From: an uncultured Acidobacteriota bacterium
GTDB taxonomy: Bacteria > Acidobacteriota > UBA6911
DNA length: 64,000 bases
Assembly: GCA_963827655.1 (NCBI GenBank)
Contig: CAWHCF010000001.1
Coordinates: forward strand, 1 to 64,000
Reading direction: 5' to 3'
The number at the start of each line of letters is the position of its first letter. Position 1 is the first letter of the stretch. Made by a program: the position numbers and the translations under genes. The notes beneath the pieces are model-generated. The model was not told where the DNA came from. It worked only from the letters and a program-made list of their open reading frames with translations, and did no database searches. Positions 41,505-52,632 of this stretch are shown piece after piece.

Positions 41505-44500
41505 ATGAAAGAAATCGTTCTGAACCGTGATGACATTCCTCTCTGGACCGGGGGTGACGGAAAACTCAGCGTATTTGTACCCGGGCTCGACCTCAAGAAG
41601 CCTCTGTCTCCGGCTACCAACGAGGTCGCCAGCCTGGACTTTTCACTGCAAGGGACCAATCCCATCCTGATCGGCACGCCCGGGGGAGTAAAGCTCGCAA
41701 TTCGCGCGGGGACCAGCGCACGTCTGACCCCGATATGGCCCAACAGCCAAGGAGATCTGAAGCAGTTGCTGCGTGAGCACGGCCTCGAGGATTTTCTTGC
41801 TGCAAACACGGATCAATTGATTCTCGCGCTCCGTCTCGGATCCAACGCTTCGGCCGCCGTGTCAGGGGCCTTTTCTTACTCGGTGCTGAGCGCCAAAGCC
41901 ACGGTTGAGGCCGGCGGCGACGTCGGCTATTCATATTTCCGCGCCCTCTCTGCTTCGACCCCTGCCCTGCAGCTCATCACCGGTTTTTTCCGCGACCTGC
42001 GACTCCCCTCGCATATCTCCCAGCCGTTACCGGCGGGCGAGGTTATCGTTTTCCAATACGGAGGGTATCTCAAGTTCGGCGCTGATCTTTCCGTCGGGTA
42101 CGAGATGAAAGGCACGCCGAAGTTCGATCTCGGCGATCTCCAGCTGTCTGAGCACTTCCAGTTGAGTGTCATTGGAAGACTGGGTCTGAACGCCAGTCTC
42201 GCCGGCCATTTTGCCGTGCAGGCCCGGCCGGCAGCCGATCCGGGGTGGATTCGGGTGATCGTACAGCGGAAACACCAGCAGGAACTCAAAATCGCTGCCG
42301 ACCTGGCGGTCGGGGCGGACAGCAAACTTGAAGGGCTTCCGGAATCGAGCCGTGAATTCCTGAGCGCCGCGCTGGGGGTTCATGCAAAGAATTGGTTTAA
42401 TCTTCTGGACCAGGTGCGCGACTACGCGAATTTCGACTCGATGAAACAAAAGCTGGACGGACTCGCGCTCGACTTCCTGAAGGAGTATCTGGAAAGAGTC
42501 TTCGGCGCGCTTCCCGACGATTTCAATGTCGTGCTGCAAAAAGTCAACTCGGTGGTACTGCAATACCAGAACCTGGAAAACTCTGCCATCACGCTCTTCG
42601 ACCGATACTACGCCAAACTGGACGTGCTGGTGGCAAAGTTGTCCGAGCTCGAGCAGCTTCCCTCCTGGGACAAGCTCCGAGGCCAAGTCGACCGCGAGTC
42701 GTGGGACGTGCTGCGCCAGCTGACCGATGGCAACCCCCTGGGCTGGATCACGGGCAAGGTGAAGCTCCCCGGTTCGGATCAACCGGTCGCCCAGCCTCGA
42801 TAAGCTGAAAGAGAGGGCGAGGAAGGCGCTCGCCTTGATCCAGGACAAGGCGCACGCCGAGATTCGCGAAGTGATCGGCCTCGCGAAGGAGAGTTTTCCG
42901 CTCGATCGCTTTTTCCGGCTTCTGGCGACTGTTGATACCGCCGACGAGCTGAAAGCGCTGGCTAACGACAAACTGGGGCACTTCATCCAGCGGCTGATCG
43001 GGCAGAGCATCGAAGAACTCCGTTCGACCGAGCAACTGAAGAATGCCATTCGCCGGATTCAGGAAGCGCTCAAAGCGGAAGAGACTTTCCGGGATAAGCT
43101 CTATGCCAAATTCAGGGAAGCCGCAGAGCAGTCGTGGCGTCTCAAGCTTTATTCAGAATACAGTCGCGCCGAGGAAAGCGACGCGCTGATTGATGTAGCG
43201 ATCAATCTCAAGCTGCCTGAAGGGCAGGACCTCATGGCCTCGGCGGGCCGGGGCGATTTTCAGGACTTGCTGGCAAGCTACCGGCCGGAACTGGTCCGGA
43301 TCAACGAAGGAATTCTCACCCACAGAACCACGAACGAGAGCGCATTTAAAGTCAACATCCTGGGCTGGCATTACGGCTTCAACTATTCCGGCTTCGACCG
43401 CGTCATCGTCGATGCGGAGCAGCGCATCAAGCCGGAAACCAACGGCGTCCTCACGGTCTACAGCAACGTCGCGCTCACCAAGGAAAAGGAGCGGAGACGG
43501 AATGGCGAACGAATGTTCACCAGTTTCCTGCTGCAGTTTCTGGGGGAGTCTCGCGGCATCCTTCAGGCCGATCCCAAGCGCAGCCAGTACTTGATCGATA
43601 TCATCACCGGGATGGCGGCGAGTTATCAACTCCGTTTCACCGATGACAAGACCGAGCCGGATGAACTGAGGAATTATCTCAGCTTCGCGAAGGACTTCGG
43701 CCTCGACAAAGTTGGGGGAACCTTCGAGGAGCTTCAACCGCTGCTTTCGATGGACGACCAGCGAAAGCATTACGGCCCCATCTCGGCGGAATACGAGGTT
43801 CGGTACACGCAAGCCGGACTGGAAAAGCTCTTTCAGGGAGACTTCGATGAGGCCTTTGTGCGAAGCGTCATGCGCAAAATGGTTCTCGCGAATTACTTCA
43901 AAGATTCAGGCCTGCAAGATATCGGCTGGTGCTATTCGGAAGCTGTCTTTCGGAAGAGAGAGGAGATCAATCGAAGCGCAGGGCAGCTCTTTTCAAATCT
44001 CCCGCGGCTTCAGGTGGAGAATCTGCTGTCTCCCATTCCCGGAATAGAGGCTCCATCAAAGGTAAGCCTGACCTCGAACGCGCAGGTCAGGGTTCTTGAC
44101 ACCCTGTTCAATATCGAAGACCGCCTGATCAAAGGAATGCGCAGCTTGCACGCATTGATTCAAGGCGGACAGCCGATAGCCCTGGATCGTTTCAGAAAGG
44201 CGCTCGAGGAGATCGGCGACGCGCTTACGGTTTTCGACAACTTCGACGAAGGGATCAACACGGTCTTCGCGCTCCTGGATCGGTTGATTGATCGGGCGAC
44301 GCCCGCAGGCCAGGTGCGCGCATCCTCGCTGAAACTGGTATCCAGATTCCAGGACCGGGAAGTGACCAAAATGTTTATCCTGCAGCCAGGCGTCGAGACC
44401 GGCGTTCCCGTTGCGGAGGCGCCGGACTCCCCGAGCCCACAGCGCCCCGTTGCCACGCGTCGTGTTTCGGCCTCACCGGCCAAGGCGCGAAGACGCAAAG

Positions 44501-44508
44501 GAGGATAG
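41505..44508 (+). CDS. large (~1000 aa) hypothetical protein; frameshift ~42790
   Basis: ORFs 41343-42803 and 42835-44508 join via ...SLDKLKERARKALALIQDK; gene-like codon use; no recognisable motif. Confidence 0.75.
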
Positions 44509-44512
44509 ACCC

Positions 44513-46198
44513 ATGTCGCGTGTACGAACTTTTTTGGTCATCGCATTACTGGCCGTATGCACCGGCGGCAGCGCCCAGCAATCTCAGCTGGGTCGAGTCG
44601 AATTTCAGGTAACCGGCTCGGAAAAATCCCGAGAGCACTTCCTGCGCGGACTGGCTGCGCTTCATTCCTTCTGGTACGAGGAGGCGCTCGAGGCTTTTCG
44701 CGAGTCGACCAGGGTTGCTCCAGATTTTTCGATGGGCTACTGGGGCGAGGCCATGGCGCATAACCATCCGCTCTGGGGCGAGCAGGACACCGAAGACGCG
44801 AGAAAGGTCCTGCAAAAACTCAACGTCGCGCCCAAGCTCACGCCGAGGGAGCGCGCCTACCTGAATGCCGTCAGAATCCTCTACGGCGAGGGAGACAAGC
44901 ATGCGCGCGATCTGGCTTATTCGGCGGCGATGGAGAAGATTTATCGCGACTATCCGGATGACCTGGACGCGGCCTGCTTTTACGCGCTCTCGCTCCTGGG
45001 AACCGTCCGGCCTGAAGACAAGGGCTTTCGCCGGCAGGCTCAGGCGGGGGCGATTGCACTCGCCGTTTTTGAGAAGAACCCGAACCATCCGGGAGCGGCC
45101 CACTACATCATCCATGCGTTCGACGATCCCGATCACGCCATTCTGGCCTTGCCTGCTGCGCGCCGCTACGCCGAGATTGCCCCCGAAGCCCATCACGCGC
45201 GGCATATGCCGGCGCACATCTTTCTGCAGCTCGGAATGTGGCCGGAAGCGGCCGCTTCGAACGAATCCGCGTGGGAGGCTTCCGATGCCTGGGTCAAACG
45301 CAAGAATCTGTCTCTGGTCAATCGCGATTATCACAGCCTTTACTGGCTGCTCTACGTCTACCTGCAGCAGGGGCGTTATGGCAAGGCGGAGCAGTTGCTC
45401 GAGTTGATGAAGAAGGTAATGACCGAATCCAAGGATGACAAGCGGCCAGGCTACTTCGCCAGCAACTACGCTATGATGGCAGCGGCTTTCATGGTTGAGA
45501 CCGAACGGTGGGACCTCGCCGCTAAACTCTTCGGCGCGGCGCGGGCGGACGAACAGCCGGCCGGCGAGCATTCCGGGCATGCGGCCCACTCCGATGCGGG
45601 TGCCCAAGGGAGGACCGCCGCGCGCTCGAATACCAGCCAGGTGGTTCCGGTCTTCATGCGTGGGCTGGCGGCTGCAAAAAAGGGATCTGACGAAAGCGAA
45701 AAAAACCTTGCCGCGTTACGCGCTTTGCAAAAGGCGGAAAAGAGCAGTTATCGGGCAAAGTCGGAGGAGATCCGGGAACTGGAAATAGCGGCTGTAGCCG
45801 CATCATCGAAAGGCCAGCACTCTAAAGCGATTGAATTGATGAAGGAGGCTCGCAAACTCGAAGACGACCTGGCCCCGCCTTCGGGCCCGCCGGCTCTGAT
45901 CAAACCTGCACACGAATTGTTCGGCGAGATACTGCTCGGCGCCGGCAAAGCCCGTGAGGCTGCCGAGCAATTTGCCGCCGCCCTGCTCCGGCAACCCAAC
46001 CGGGCGCGCTCGCTTATCGGCGCGGCGCGCGCTGCCGCTCAAAGCGGCGACTCGAAAGCCGCTTCTGAGTTTTACGGAAAATTCCTCAAGCAGTGGGAGC
46101 AGGCCGACCGGGATTTGCCGGAACTGACGGAAGCCAGGGACTATCTCAGCCGCCGCCCCGCGGTACCTTCAGGTATCTCTGGCGTCTTCGCGTCTTAG
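44513..46198 (+). CDS. secreted tetratricopeptide-repeat protein
   Basis: GLAALHSFWYEEA, MGYWGEAM, HPGAAHYIIHAFD, HARHMPAHIF; AGGAGG RBS. Confidence 0.85.
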   Translation: MSRVRTFLVIALLAVCTGGSAQQSQLGRVEFQVTGSEKSREHFLRGLAALHSFWYEEALEAFRESTRVAPDFSMGYWGEAMAHNHPLWGEQDTEDARKVLQKLNVAPKLTPRERAYLNAVRILYGEGDKHARDLAYSAAMEKIYRDYPDDLDAACFYALSLLGTVRPEDKGFRRQAQAGAIALAVFEKNPNHPGAAHYIIHAFDDPDHAILALPAARRYAEIAPEAHHARHMPAHIFLQLGMWPEAAASNESAWEASDAWVKRKNLSLVNRDYHSLYWLLYVYLQQGRYGKAEQLLELMKKVMTESKDDKRPGYFASNYAMMAAAFMVETERWDLAAKLFGAARADEQPAGEHSGHAAHSDAGAQGRTAARSNTSQVVPVFMRGLAAAKKGSDESEKNLAALRALQKAEKSSYRAKSEEIRELEIAAVAASSKGQHSKAIELMKEARKLEDDLAPPSGPPALIKPAHELFGEILLGAGKAREAAEQFAAALLRQPNRARSLIGAARAAAQSGDSKAASEFYGKFLKQWEQADRDLPELTEARDYLSRRPAVPSGISGVFAS

Positions 46199-46203
46199 AG
46201 GTT
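46177..46203. repeat. dispersed repeat copy supplying the TPR gene stop codon
   Basis: CTGGCGTCTTCGCGTCTTAGAGGTT. Confidence 0.8.
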
Positions 46204-46224
46204 GGATTTGTTACGATCCGACTG

Positions 46225-46344
46225 TTACTCCATGAAGGCACCGAGTAGCCAATAAAGCAAGAAGAAGATCAAGACAGTGCTGATACAGCCCCCACCCAGC
46301 TTCCACGCCCCCAATCCCGCCAATCCACCTCGCAGTAAACCCAT
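46225..46344 (-). CDS. small (39 aa) Gly-rich membrane protein
   Basis: MGLLRGGLAGLGAWKLGGGCISTVLIFFLLYWLLGAFME; purine-rich RBS (AGGA/GAGG); below the ORF-track cutoff. Confidence 0.7.
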   Translation of the reverse strand: MGLLRGGLAGLGAWKLGGGCISTVLIFFLLYWLLGAFME

Positions 46345-46421
46345 GACCCTCTACCGTTCCTTTCCCAAGTTTCTCAACTCACATCTACTCTCCGGGCTGA
46401 AATTCAGCGCGGGATCGAATT

Positions 46422-46439
46422 TGCAAGAGCCGTTCCCAA
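46422..46439 (-). promoter_or_regulatory. possible sigma-54 promoter for the small membrane protein gene
   Basis: Minus strand TTGGGAACGGCTCTTGCA, GG-N10-GC spacing. Confidence 0.4.
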
Positions 46440-46563
46440 GGTTCTAAATGCGCTAAGTGCAATCTCACAAAACTCTTTCAGGAACCACGCCTCGCCGGAC
46501 ATTCAATGAAAACGATCGAGAGCGAGGAAAAATTGCCGATATCGCCCTCAAGGTGAGGGCTTC

Positions 46564-48087
46564 TTATTTAGTCTCCATGGTCAGGAGCGACGCCATTGTG
46601 ACGATACCCTTCCAGAGATGCCCCAGCCGAAGGTTTTCGTTTTCGCTATGCTGGTTGTTGTCAAAGTTGACCATCGGGACGCTGATGGCAGGAAACCCGA
46701 GAACCCGGATGAACTGGCTTATAGGAATTGTGCCCCCGCTGGTCCGGATGCGGACCGGCTCTGTTCCCCACGTCCTCTCGAGCGCCTTGGTTATGGCCTG
46801 CGATATCGGCAGATTCATTTCGGTGCGGTAAGCCTCGGTGGGCTTGCGCCGGCTGATGCGCATGATTTTTGAATGCTTCAACCGAATCTGATCATCGGGT
46901 TCGCTCTCCACGATGTGATAGCCCTGCTTGCGGATGTGGGCGACCACCTTTTCGATTATTTGCTCGCTGGGAGTTTCCTTTACCAGGCGGATGTCAATCG
47001 CAGCGGTCGCGTCAGAGGGTATGATCGTGCGCGCCTCTTCTCCCACATACGCGCTGCGCAGGCCACGAATATTGAGGCTCGGATACTGAAGCGCTTCCTG
47101 AAGATTCTTGCCCACCGCGTCAGGTTGGGCGATGCCAAAGAATCTTTTCAATTCTTCGAGGTCGTCCGGGACACCTTCCTGAATCCGTATTTCTTCGGGT
47201 TTGAGCTTGGGGATCCCGTCATAGAAACCGGGGACGACCACGCGTCCCGCATCATCTTTCATGGAAGCAAGGAGCTGAGCCAGCCTCATCGCGGGATTCG
47301 GCACCCAGTTTCCATAATGCCCGCTGTGCAAGGGAAACTTGGGGCCATAAACCGTCAACTCGAGTACGGCGCTTCCGCGCGCGCCGAAGTTCAAGGTCGG
47401 CCGCCCGCTCGGATGCATCGGTCCATCGAGGATCAACATGACATCTGCCTGAAAGCGCTCGCGGTAGCGCTCGATGGCACCGGTCAAGCTTGGAGAGCCC
47501 GCCTCTTCCTCGCCGTCAAGAACGACGCGAATGTTGCTGGACGGCTCGCGCCCGCCGGACTTCAACGCATCCAGAGCGGCGCACAGAGCCACAATCGGCG
47601 ATTTGTCGTCGGACGCGGAACGGGCATAGATGCGCCATTCCGGTTGGAATCGGCTGAGGCTGGAATCAATGGGCATCTCCTTGCCCCCATCCTCGAGGCG
47701 GGCGCTCCGGAGCACAGGAACAAAAGGGCTGGACTGTTTCCATCGAGGGGGATCGACCGGCTGGCCGTCATAGTGGATGTAAAACAGGATCGTTCGAGCG
47801 GACCCCGCGATCTTTTTCTCACCATAGACGAGAGGATTGCCTGCGGTTTCCAGAATCTCGGCAACCAGACCCCGACGCTCGAGCATGCCCCGCAGATGCT
47901 CCGCGTTGCGCCTTATGTTCGGACGATCGGCGGCGACATTTGGAATTGAAAGCAACTGCACCAGTTCAGAGAAAATCCGGCCCTGATGCTGCGACACGTA
48001 AGCCTCGATGGCCTCGCGCTCTCCTGCGGGCGCCGGCTGGCCCAGTAACGCCAGTCCTAAAGAAATTCCCAAGACAGTCTTGTTCAC
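46564..48087 (-). CDS. M20/M25/M40 family metallopeptidase
   Basis: HYDGQP, YARSASDDK, DGEEEAGS, LHSGHYGNW, NNQHSENEN; AAGGAGG + GTG. Confidence 0.92.
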   Translation of the reverse strand: MNKTVLGISLGLALLGQPAPAGEREAIEAYVSQHQGRIFSELVQLLSIPNVAADRPNIRRNAEHLRGMLERRGLVAEILETAGNPLVYGEKKIAGSARTILFYIHYDGQPVDPPRWKQSSPFVPVLRSARLEDGGKEMPIDSSLSRFQPEWRIYARSASDDKSPIVALCAALDALKSGGREPSSNIRVVLDGEEEAGSPSLTGAIERYRERFQADVMLILDGPMHPSGRPTLNFGARGSAVLELTVYGPKFPLHSGHYGNWVPNPAMRLAQLLASMKDDAGRVVVPGFYDGIPKLKPEEIRIQEGVPDDLEELKRFFGIAQPDAVGKNLQEALQYPSLNIRGLRSAYVGEEARTIIPSDATAAIDIRLVKETPSEQIIEKVVAHIRKQGYHIVESEPDDQIRLKHSKIMRISRRKPTEAYRTEMNLPISQAITKALERTWGTEPVRIRTSGGTIPISQFIRVLGFPAISVPMVNFDNNQHSENENLRLGHLWKGIVTMASLLTMETK

Positions 48088-48350
48088 CCTGACGTCCCTC
48101 CTTTTCGTGTTTTTGAGGTTAAACAAACGCTACCGCCAAGGGCCAGAGAATTATTTTTGAGCAGCAGCAACTCTTTTTTCGCGAAGAATCCGTATAATTG
48201 CTGTTGTCGACTTGCGATTCACGGGCGGGGCTATTCACTGGCCGGCCGGGCCTTCGGCCCTGATTAGCGAGAAGAACTTTCTAGACGCATACCGGCTACT
48301 GAATCGCAGCTTGTCGATGTCAATGGTTGTTTCCGCCGAGGTCCCGACCG

Positions 48351-49599
48351 ATGAGCCGAGCCTGCTGGGCAATGATGGCCGCATTAATCGTCGCAGCCGG
48401 GACTGCTTCCGATAAGATGGGGACGGTCACGTTCACAAGAGACGTGGCTCCGATTCTGCAGAAAAGCTGCATCAGTTGCCATCGGCCCGGAGAGATTGGG
48501 CCCATGCCGCTCACTTCTTACTCCGAGGCGCGCCCCTGGGCCAAGGCCATTCGTGAAGCCGTCGCCGGCAGGAAGATGCCCCCCTGGCACGCGGCCGCAG
48601 ACTCACGCCCGTGCGAGAACGATCCGCGTTTGTCGCAGCGCGAGATCGACACAGTTCTCGCCTGGGTTGATGGCGGGGCGAAAGAAGGAGATCCCGGAGA
48701 CATGCCCCCCATCCCAGCCTTCGTCGAAGGGTGGAGTATCGGAAAGCCCGACGTGGTCTTTTCCATGCGGGAGGAGTTCACCATCCCCGCTGAAGGGGTA
48801 ATCCCATTCACGTACTTCGCCGTACCGACGAATTTCAAGCAAGATACCTGGGTCCAGGCCGCAGAAGTTCGGCCGGGAAATCGCGCCGTAGTGCATCATG
48901 CCGTAATTCTGGTTCGCGAACCTCGTTCCAATACTGAAGGCACTGATCCGAATCAGAACCTTGAACGGCGCCTCGAGCGGATGCTTGTCGGAACCGCTCC
49001 GGGGATGCCCGCGGCGGTTTTCAAGCCGGGCCAGGGGAAGCTTATCAGGCCCGGAAGTATTTTGATCTTCCAGGTGCACTATACGCCGAATGGCTCGATT
49101 CAGAAGGATCGCACCTCAGTGGGCCTGATCCTGGCGAAAAGCTCCGGTGGAACAAGTCGTGGTGAGCTACGCGATCGGCAACGATCGATTCCGGATTCCG
49201 GCGGGCGACCCGAATTACGAGGTTCGCTCCTCGTTCACGTTCCCGGAAGACGCGCGGGTCCTGAGCGCAATGCCTCACATGCACATGCGCGGCAAAGATT
49301 TCAGCTACACCGCAGTCTATCCCGACGGGCAGCGCGAGCTGCTCCTGAATGTACCCCGGTGGGACTTCAACTGGCAGCAGGTCTATCGTTTCAAAGAGCC
49401 GGTCTTCATGCCGAAGGGGAGCCGGATCGATTGCCTGGCGCACTTCGATAACTCTCCCGGGAACAAGTCCAATCCTGATCCTGCCAAGGACGTTCCCTGG
49501 GGAGATCAGGTCTGGGAAGAGATGATGATCGGCTGGATGGATTTCGTCTTCGAAAAAACGCGCGGCGCGCCGAGCTCTGGCGATGAGCAGTTAAAGTAG
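48351..49599 (+). CDS. cytochrome-c-motif plus copper type II monooxygenase-like protein; frameshift ~49140
   Basis: [53 protein letters not shown]. Confidence 0.8.
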
Positions 49600-49723
49600 C
49601 GTCTTCGCGTCTTAGCGATCTGGCATCTCGCAGCCTGACCTGAAGCGGTGTAGAATCTCTCCCCGCGCCCATATGACGGTTTGAAGAGACAACTTTCGTA
49701 ACCGAAGGATCCTTGCCAAGCCT

Positions 49724-50776
49724 ATGAAGATCCCAAGAGTAGTTGCACTGAGCACTCTGATCGCCACAATCGTCTGCCAGGGGTTCCCGACCGGAGACCA
49801 ACAAGCCGAAAAAAGCGAAGGCAGCGTGGTGCGAGCCGATGCGGCGCTCGATAAGCTCGTCCCGCCCACTGCCAAGATCGAGAAGATCGCGAATGGATTC
49901 GATTTCACCGAAGGCCCCGTTTACATGCCCGAGGGCTACCTTCTGTTCAGCGATATTCCCCGCAATACGATCTACAAGTGGATGCCGGACGGCAAGGTCT
50001 CGGAGTTTCGCAAGCCGAGCGGCTTCAATGGAACGGACGCTCCAGCCGGAGCCTTCATTGGATCCAACGGACTGACCCTCGACCGGGAGGGCCGCCTGAT
50101 CATTTGCCAGCACGGCAATGGCAGGGTCATCCGCCTGGAAAAGAACGGCGCTGAAACTGTCCTGGCGGACAAGTATGAGGGGAAGCGGCTCAACAGTCCG
50201 AACGATGCGGTTTACAAATCCGATGGATCGCTTTACTTCACCGATCCTCCGTACGGGTTTCCGAAACAGGATGACGATCCGAAGAAGGAACTGAAATTCA
50301 ACGGCATTTATCGGCTGGCCGGCGGGAAGTTACAACTGCTTGTGAAGGATCTGAGCCGGCCCAATGGCCTCGCGTTTTCGCCGGATGAAAAATATCTCTA
50401 CGTCGCCAACTCCGACCCGGCACGCAAACTCTGGATGCGTTACGAGGTCAAGTCCGACGGAACGCTGGGGGCCGGTACCGTGTTCTACGACGTTACGCGC
50501 GAAACCGCCGATGGACTTCCAGACGGGCTAAAAGTGGACAAGCAGGGGAACCTGTACTGTACGGGACCTGGAGGCGTCTGGATCTTTTCTCCGCAAGGAA
50601 AATACTTGGGGAAGATTCAGGCTCCTGAGATACCGGCCAACTGTGCCTGGGGGAAGCATACACAGGGAAGCAGTTCTGCGGCGCTGGGCCCGCGGGAAGA
50701 GGCAAAGACGCTCTACCTCACCGCGCGAAAAGGGGTATATCGAATACAGCTGGCGGTCGCCGGCATCCGGCCTTGA
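49724..50776 (+). CDS. SMP-30/gluconolactonase family protein
   Basis: FTEGP, FSDIP, GSNGL, RLNSPND, YFTDPPYG, PNGLAFSPD, PDGLKVD. Confidence 0.95.
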   Translation: MKIPRVVALSTLIATIVCQGFPTGDQQAEKSEGSVVRADAALDKLVPPTAKIEKIANGFDFTEGPVYMPEGYLLFSDIPRNTIYKWMPDGKVSEFRKPSGFNGTDAPAGAFIGSNGLTLDREGRLIICQHGNGRVIRLEKNGAETVLADKYEGKRLNSPNDAVYKSDGSLYFTDPPYGFPKQDDDPKKELKFNGIYRLAGGKLQLLVKDLSRPNGLAFSPDEKYLYVANSDPARKLWMRYEVKSDGTLGAGTVFYDVTRETADGLPDGLKVDKQGNLYCTGPGGVWIFSPQGKYLGKIQAPEIPANCAWGKHTQGSSSAALGPREEAKTLYLTARKGVYRIQLAVAGIRP

Positions 50777-50860
50777 ATCTTGGCCACCTTCGCGTGTCGC
50801 AGAGATGAATCCAGAACGCGAAGAAACGTGGACGTTGTCCTGGAAAGGAGAATCACCCTG

Positions 50861-51250
50861 ATGAATCGCAGAAAGCATCTGAAGCTTCTGGTCGCAGCGC
50901 CTGCCATTCTATCGAGCACCGCAGCCGCAGCGCCGTCACCGATCCAGCTTCATCTCGATCTCGAAGTCGATCCTGCCAAAGAAAGTGAAATGGTGTCAAA
51001 TTTTCGCAAGACCTTCCGTCCGGCGATCAGCAAGCAGCCGGGATTTGTGGACGTCAAGCTGCTCAAGCTGCAGAGTGCGCTCGTAGGAAAGGCTCCGGCC
51101 AACTCCACTTATCGACTGTTGATCAGTTTCGAGACGGAGGAGCTACGGAAGAAGTGGGTCGCAACCGACACGCATCAGCAGGTGTGGCCCACGATCGAGA
51201 AAACCCTGAAAGGTGCAAAGCATATCGTGCTGCTGTACGACGTCGTTTGA
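50861..51250 (+). CDS. ABM-like (dimeric alpha/beta barrel) protein with Tat-like signal
   Basis: MNRRKHLK signal; ISKQPGFVDVKLL, FETEELRKKWV...HQ; AGGAG RBS. Confidence 0.7.
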   Translation: MNRRKHLKLLVAAPAILSSTAAAAPSPIQLHLDLEVDPAKESEMVSNFRKTFRPAISKQPGFVDVKLLKLQSALVGKAPANSTYRLLISFETEELRKKWVATDTHQQVWPTIEKTLKGAKHIVLLYDVV

Positions 51251-51264
51251 CGTTTGCGGTTCCG

Positions 51265-52008
51265 TTACCTGGCTTTAAACAACCAATTCAAGGCATTCCG
51301 GATCAGCCGCTGCATCATGGGGTGGCCCAGCGCATCCGGCGTGTGTCCGGGAGCCAGATAACAGAAGCGCCCCTGCCCGAGTTCTCTCCACCAGCCGGCC
51401 GGCGCTTCCAGATTGTCCCTCGCGATCGAGCGCAGGAGGAGGTGTTCACGGTCGAGGTAGTATTTCACCGTGTGCTGTTCGTCGAAAACTTCAAAGTCCT
51501 CGACGCCGGCGGTAACCGGATGCGTCCTGTTTTCAACCCGCACCGTGAAGACATAGGGTTTCGGGTGACCGCCGTAATCTCCCCCGAAGAGTTTGTAGTA
51601 GAGACCTCCGGGTGGATAGATACCCTGGGAGTTATGCAAGGCAAGGAAGCCTCCGCCGCCGTGCACGAAATCCCAGATCGCCTGCTGCTGGGAGTCGGTC
51701 ATCCATTTCACCGGAGGCTTGTCATATCCGTTGGGCCAGTTCATGCCGTCTCGAAGGATGACCAGGAGCTGATACTCTTTCAGCGCTTCGGCCGACAGGG
51801 CCTCGACGTTTTCGATAAACGTAATCGGAATATTCTCGCGCAAGAACGCCGGAGCCAGGTGGTCGCGAATATAGGTGGGGCTGTGATACCGGTCGCCGAT
51901 CAAAGCCAGGGCGCGCGGGCGCCTGGCCGACTGGTAGACGCCGGGCGTGTTCTGCGCCTGGGCCAGCGCCGCCAGCGCAATCATCAGTGCAAACCAGCTG
52001 CGGATCAT
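51265..52008 (-). CDS. ThuA-like (trehalose utilisation) domain protein
   Basis: GDRYH, FVHGGGGFLALH, HPVTAGV, DEQH, GRFCYLAPGH. Confidence 0.85.
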   Translation of the reverse strand: MIRSWFALMIALAALAQAQNTPGVYQSARRPRALALIGDRYHSPTYIRDHLAPAFLRENIPITFIENVEALSAEALKEYQLLVILRDGMNWPNGYDKPPVKWMTDSQQQAIWDFVHGGGGFLALHNSQGIYPPGGLYYKLFGGDYGGHPKPYVFTVRVENRTHPVTAGVEDFEVFDEQHTVKYYLDREHLLLRSIARDNLEAPAGWWRELGQGRFCYLAPGHTPDALGHPMMQRLIRNALNWLFKAR

Positions 52009-52125
52009 TGCGATTACTCTACTACACGATAGCCAGGACCTTCCAGAACAAGCTGCGACATAATAGCCCGTTAAATAGTTCGGTTTTGAGCGGAAGTTGG
52101 CGCGTTCGCTGTTTCCGCAGCATTC

Positions 52126-52213
52126 AACCGCGAAGACGCGAAGACCCGACGGCCGTGAGGCTGCAACCCAAAAGAAAAAGCACCGCAGAGACGCAAAGGC
52201 CGCAGAGGCACGC
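52126..52213 (+). repeat. composite repeat; left boundary of the surface-protein island
   Basis: AACCGCGAAGACGCGAAG...GCCGTGAGGC...CAAAAGAAAAAGCACCGCAGAGACGC; direct match to 58102-58191. Confidence 0.85.
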
Positions 52214-52632
52214 TCAATTGGCGTCGGTGAATCACTCCACATTTTAGAACGCATCACAAATCTTTCAGGAAGGGATTCAATAACATTAGGTCGCATTTTT
52301 TGCTTGACAGAGTTTTCTGGTTGTGTTTAAGCTCGGCTCAGCAAAATAGCGAGACTCCTAACGCTGCTACATATGCTTCCCCCATCCGCCCGCCCCTTCG
52401 GGCGTTGAGCAGCTCGAGAGAATCGAGTTTTTGAAGGCTTCTTCCAACTCGCGCAAAGAGATTTCATGTAAGTGGGTCTTCCTGTAGACGGACGACTGTA
52501 GACGGACGACGGCCGGGACGATTTGATTTGCATTTCGTCTTCGCTATCGGGGTACTGGTGTGGTGCAATCGTGAAAGCAGCCGAACACACCAAGACCCAG
52601 TTTGAGATGATCAATCGTGGAGGTGAGCAAAA

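Noticed and set aside
52482-52509. 14-bp tandem duplication CTGTAGACGGACGA x2
   Set aside because: Only two units with no associated feature; could be an operator or slippage, with too little support.
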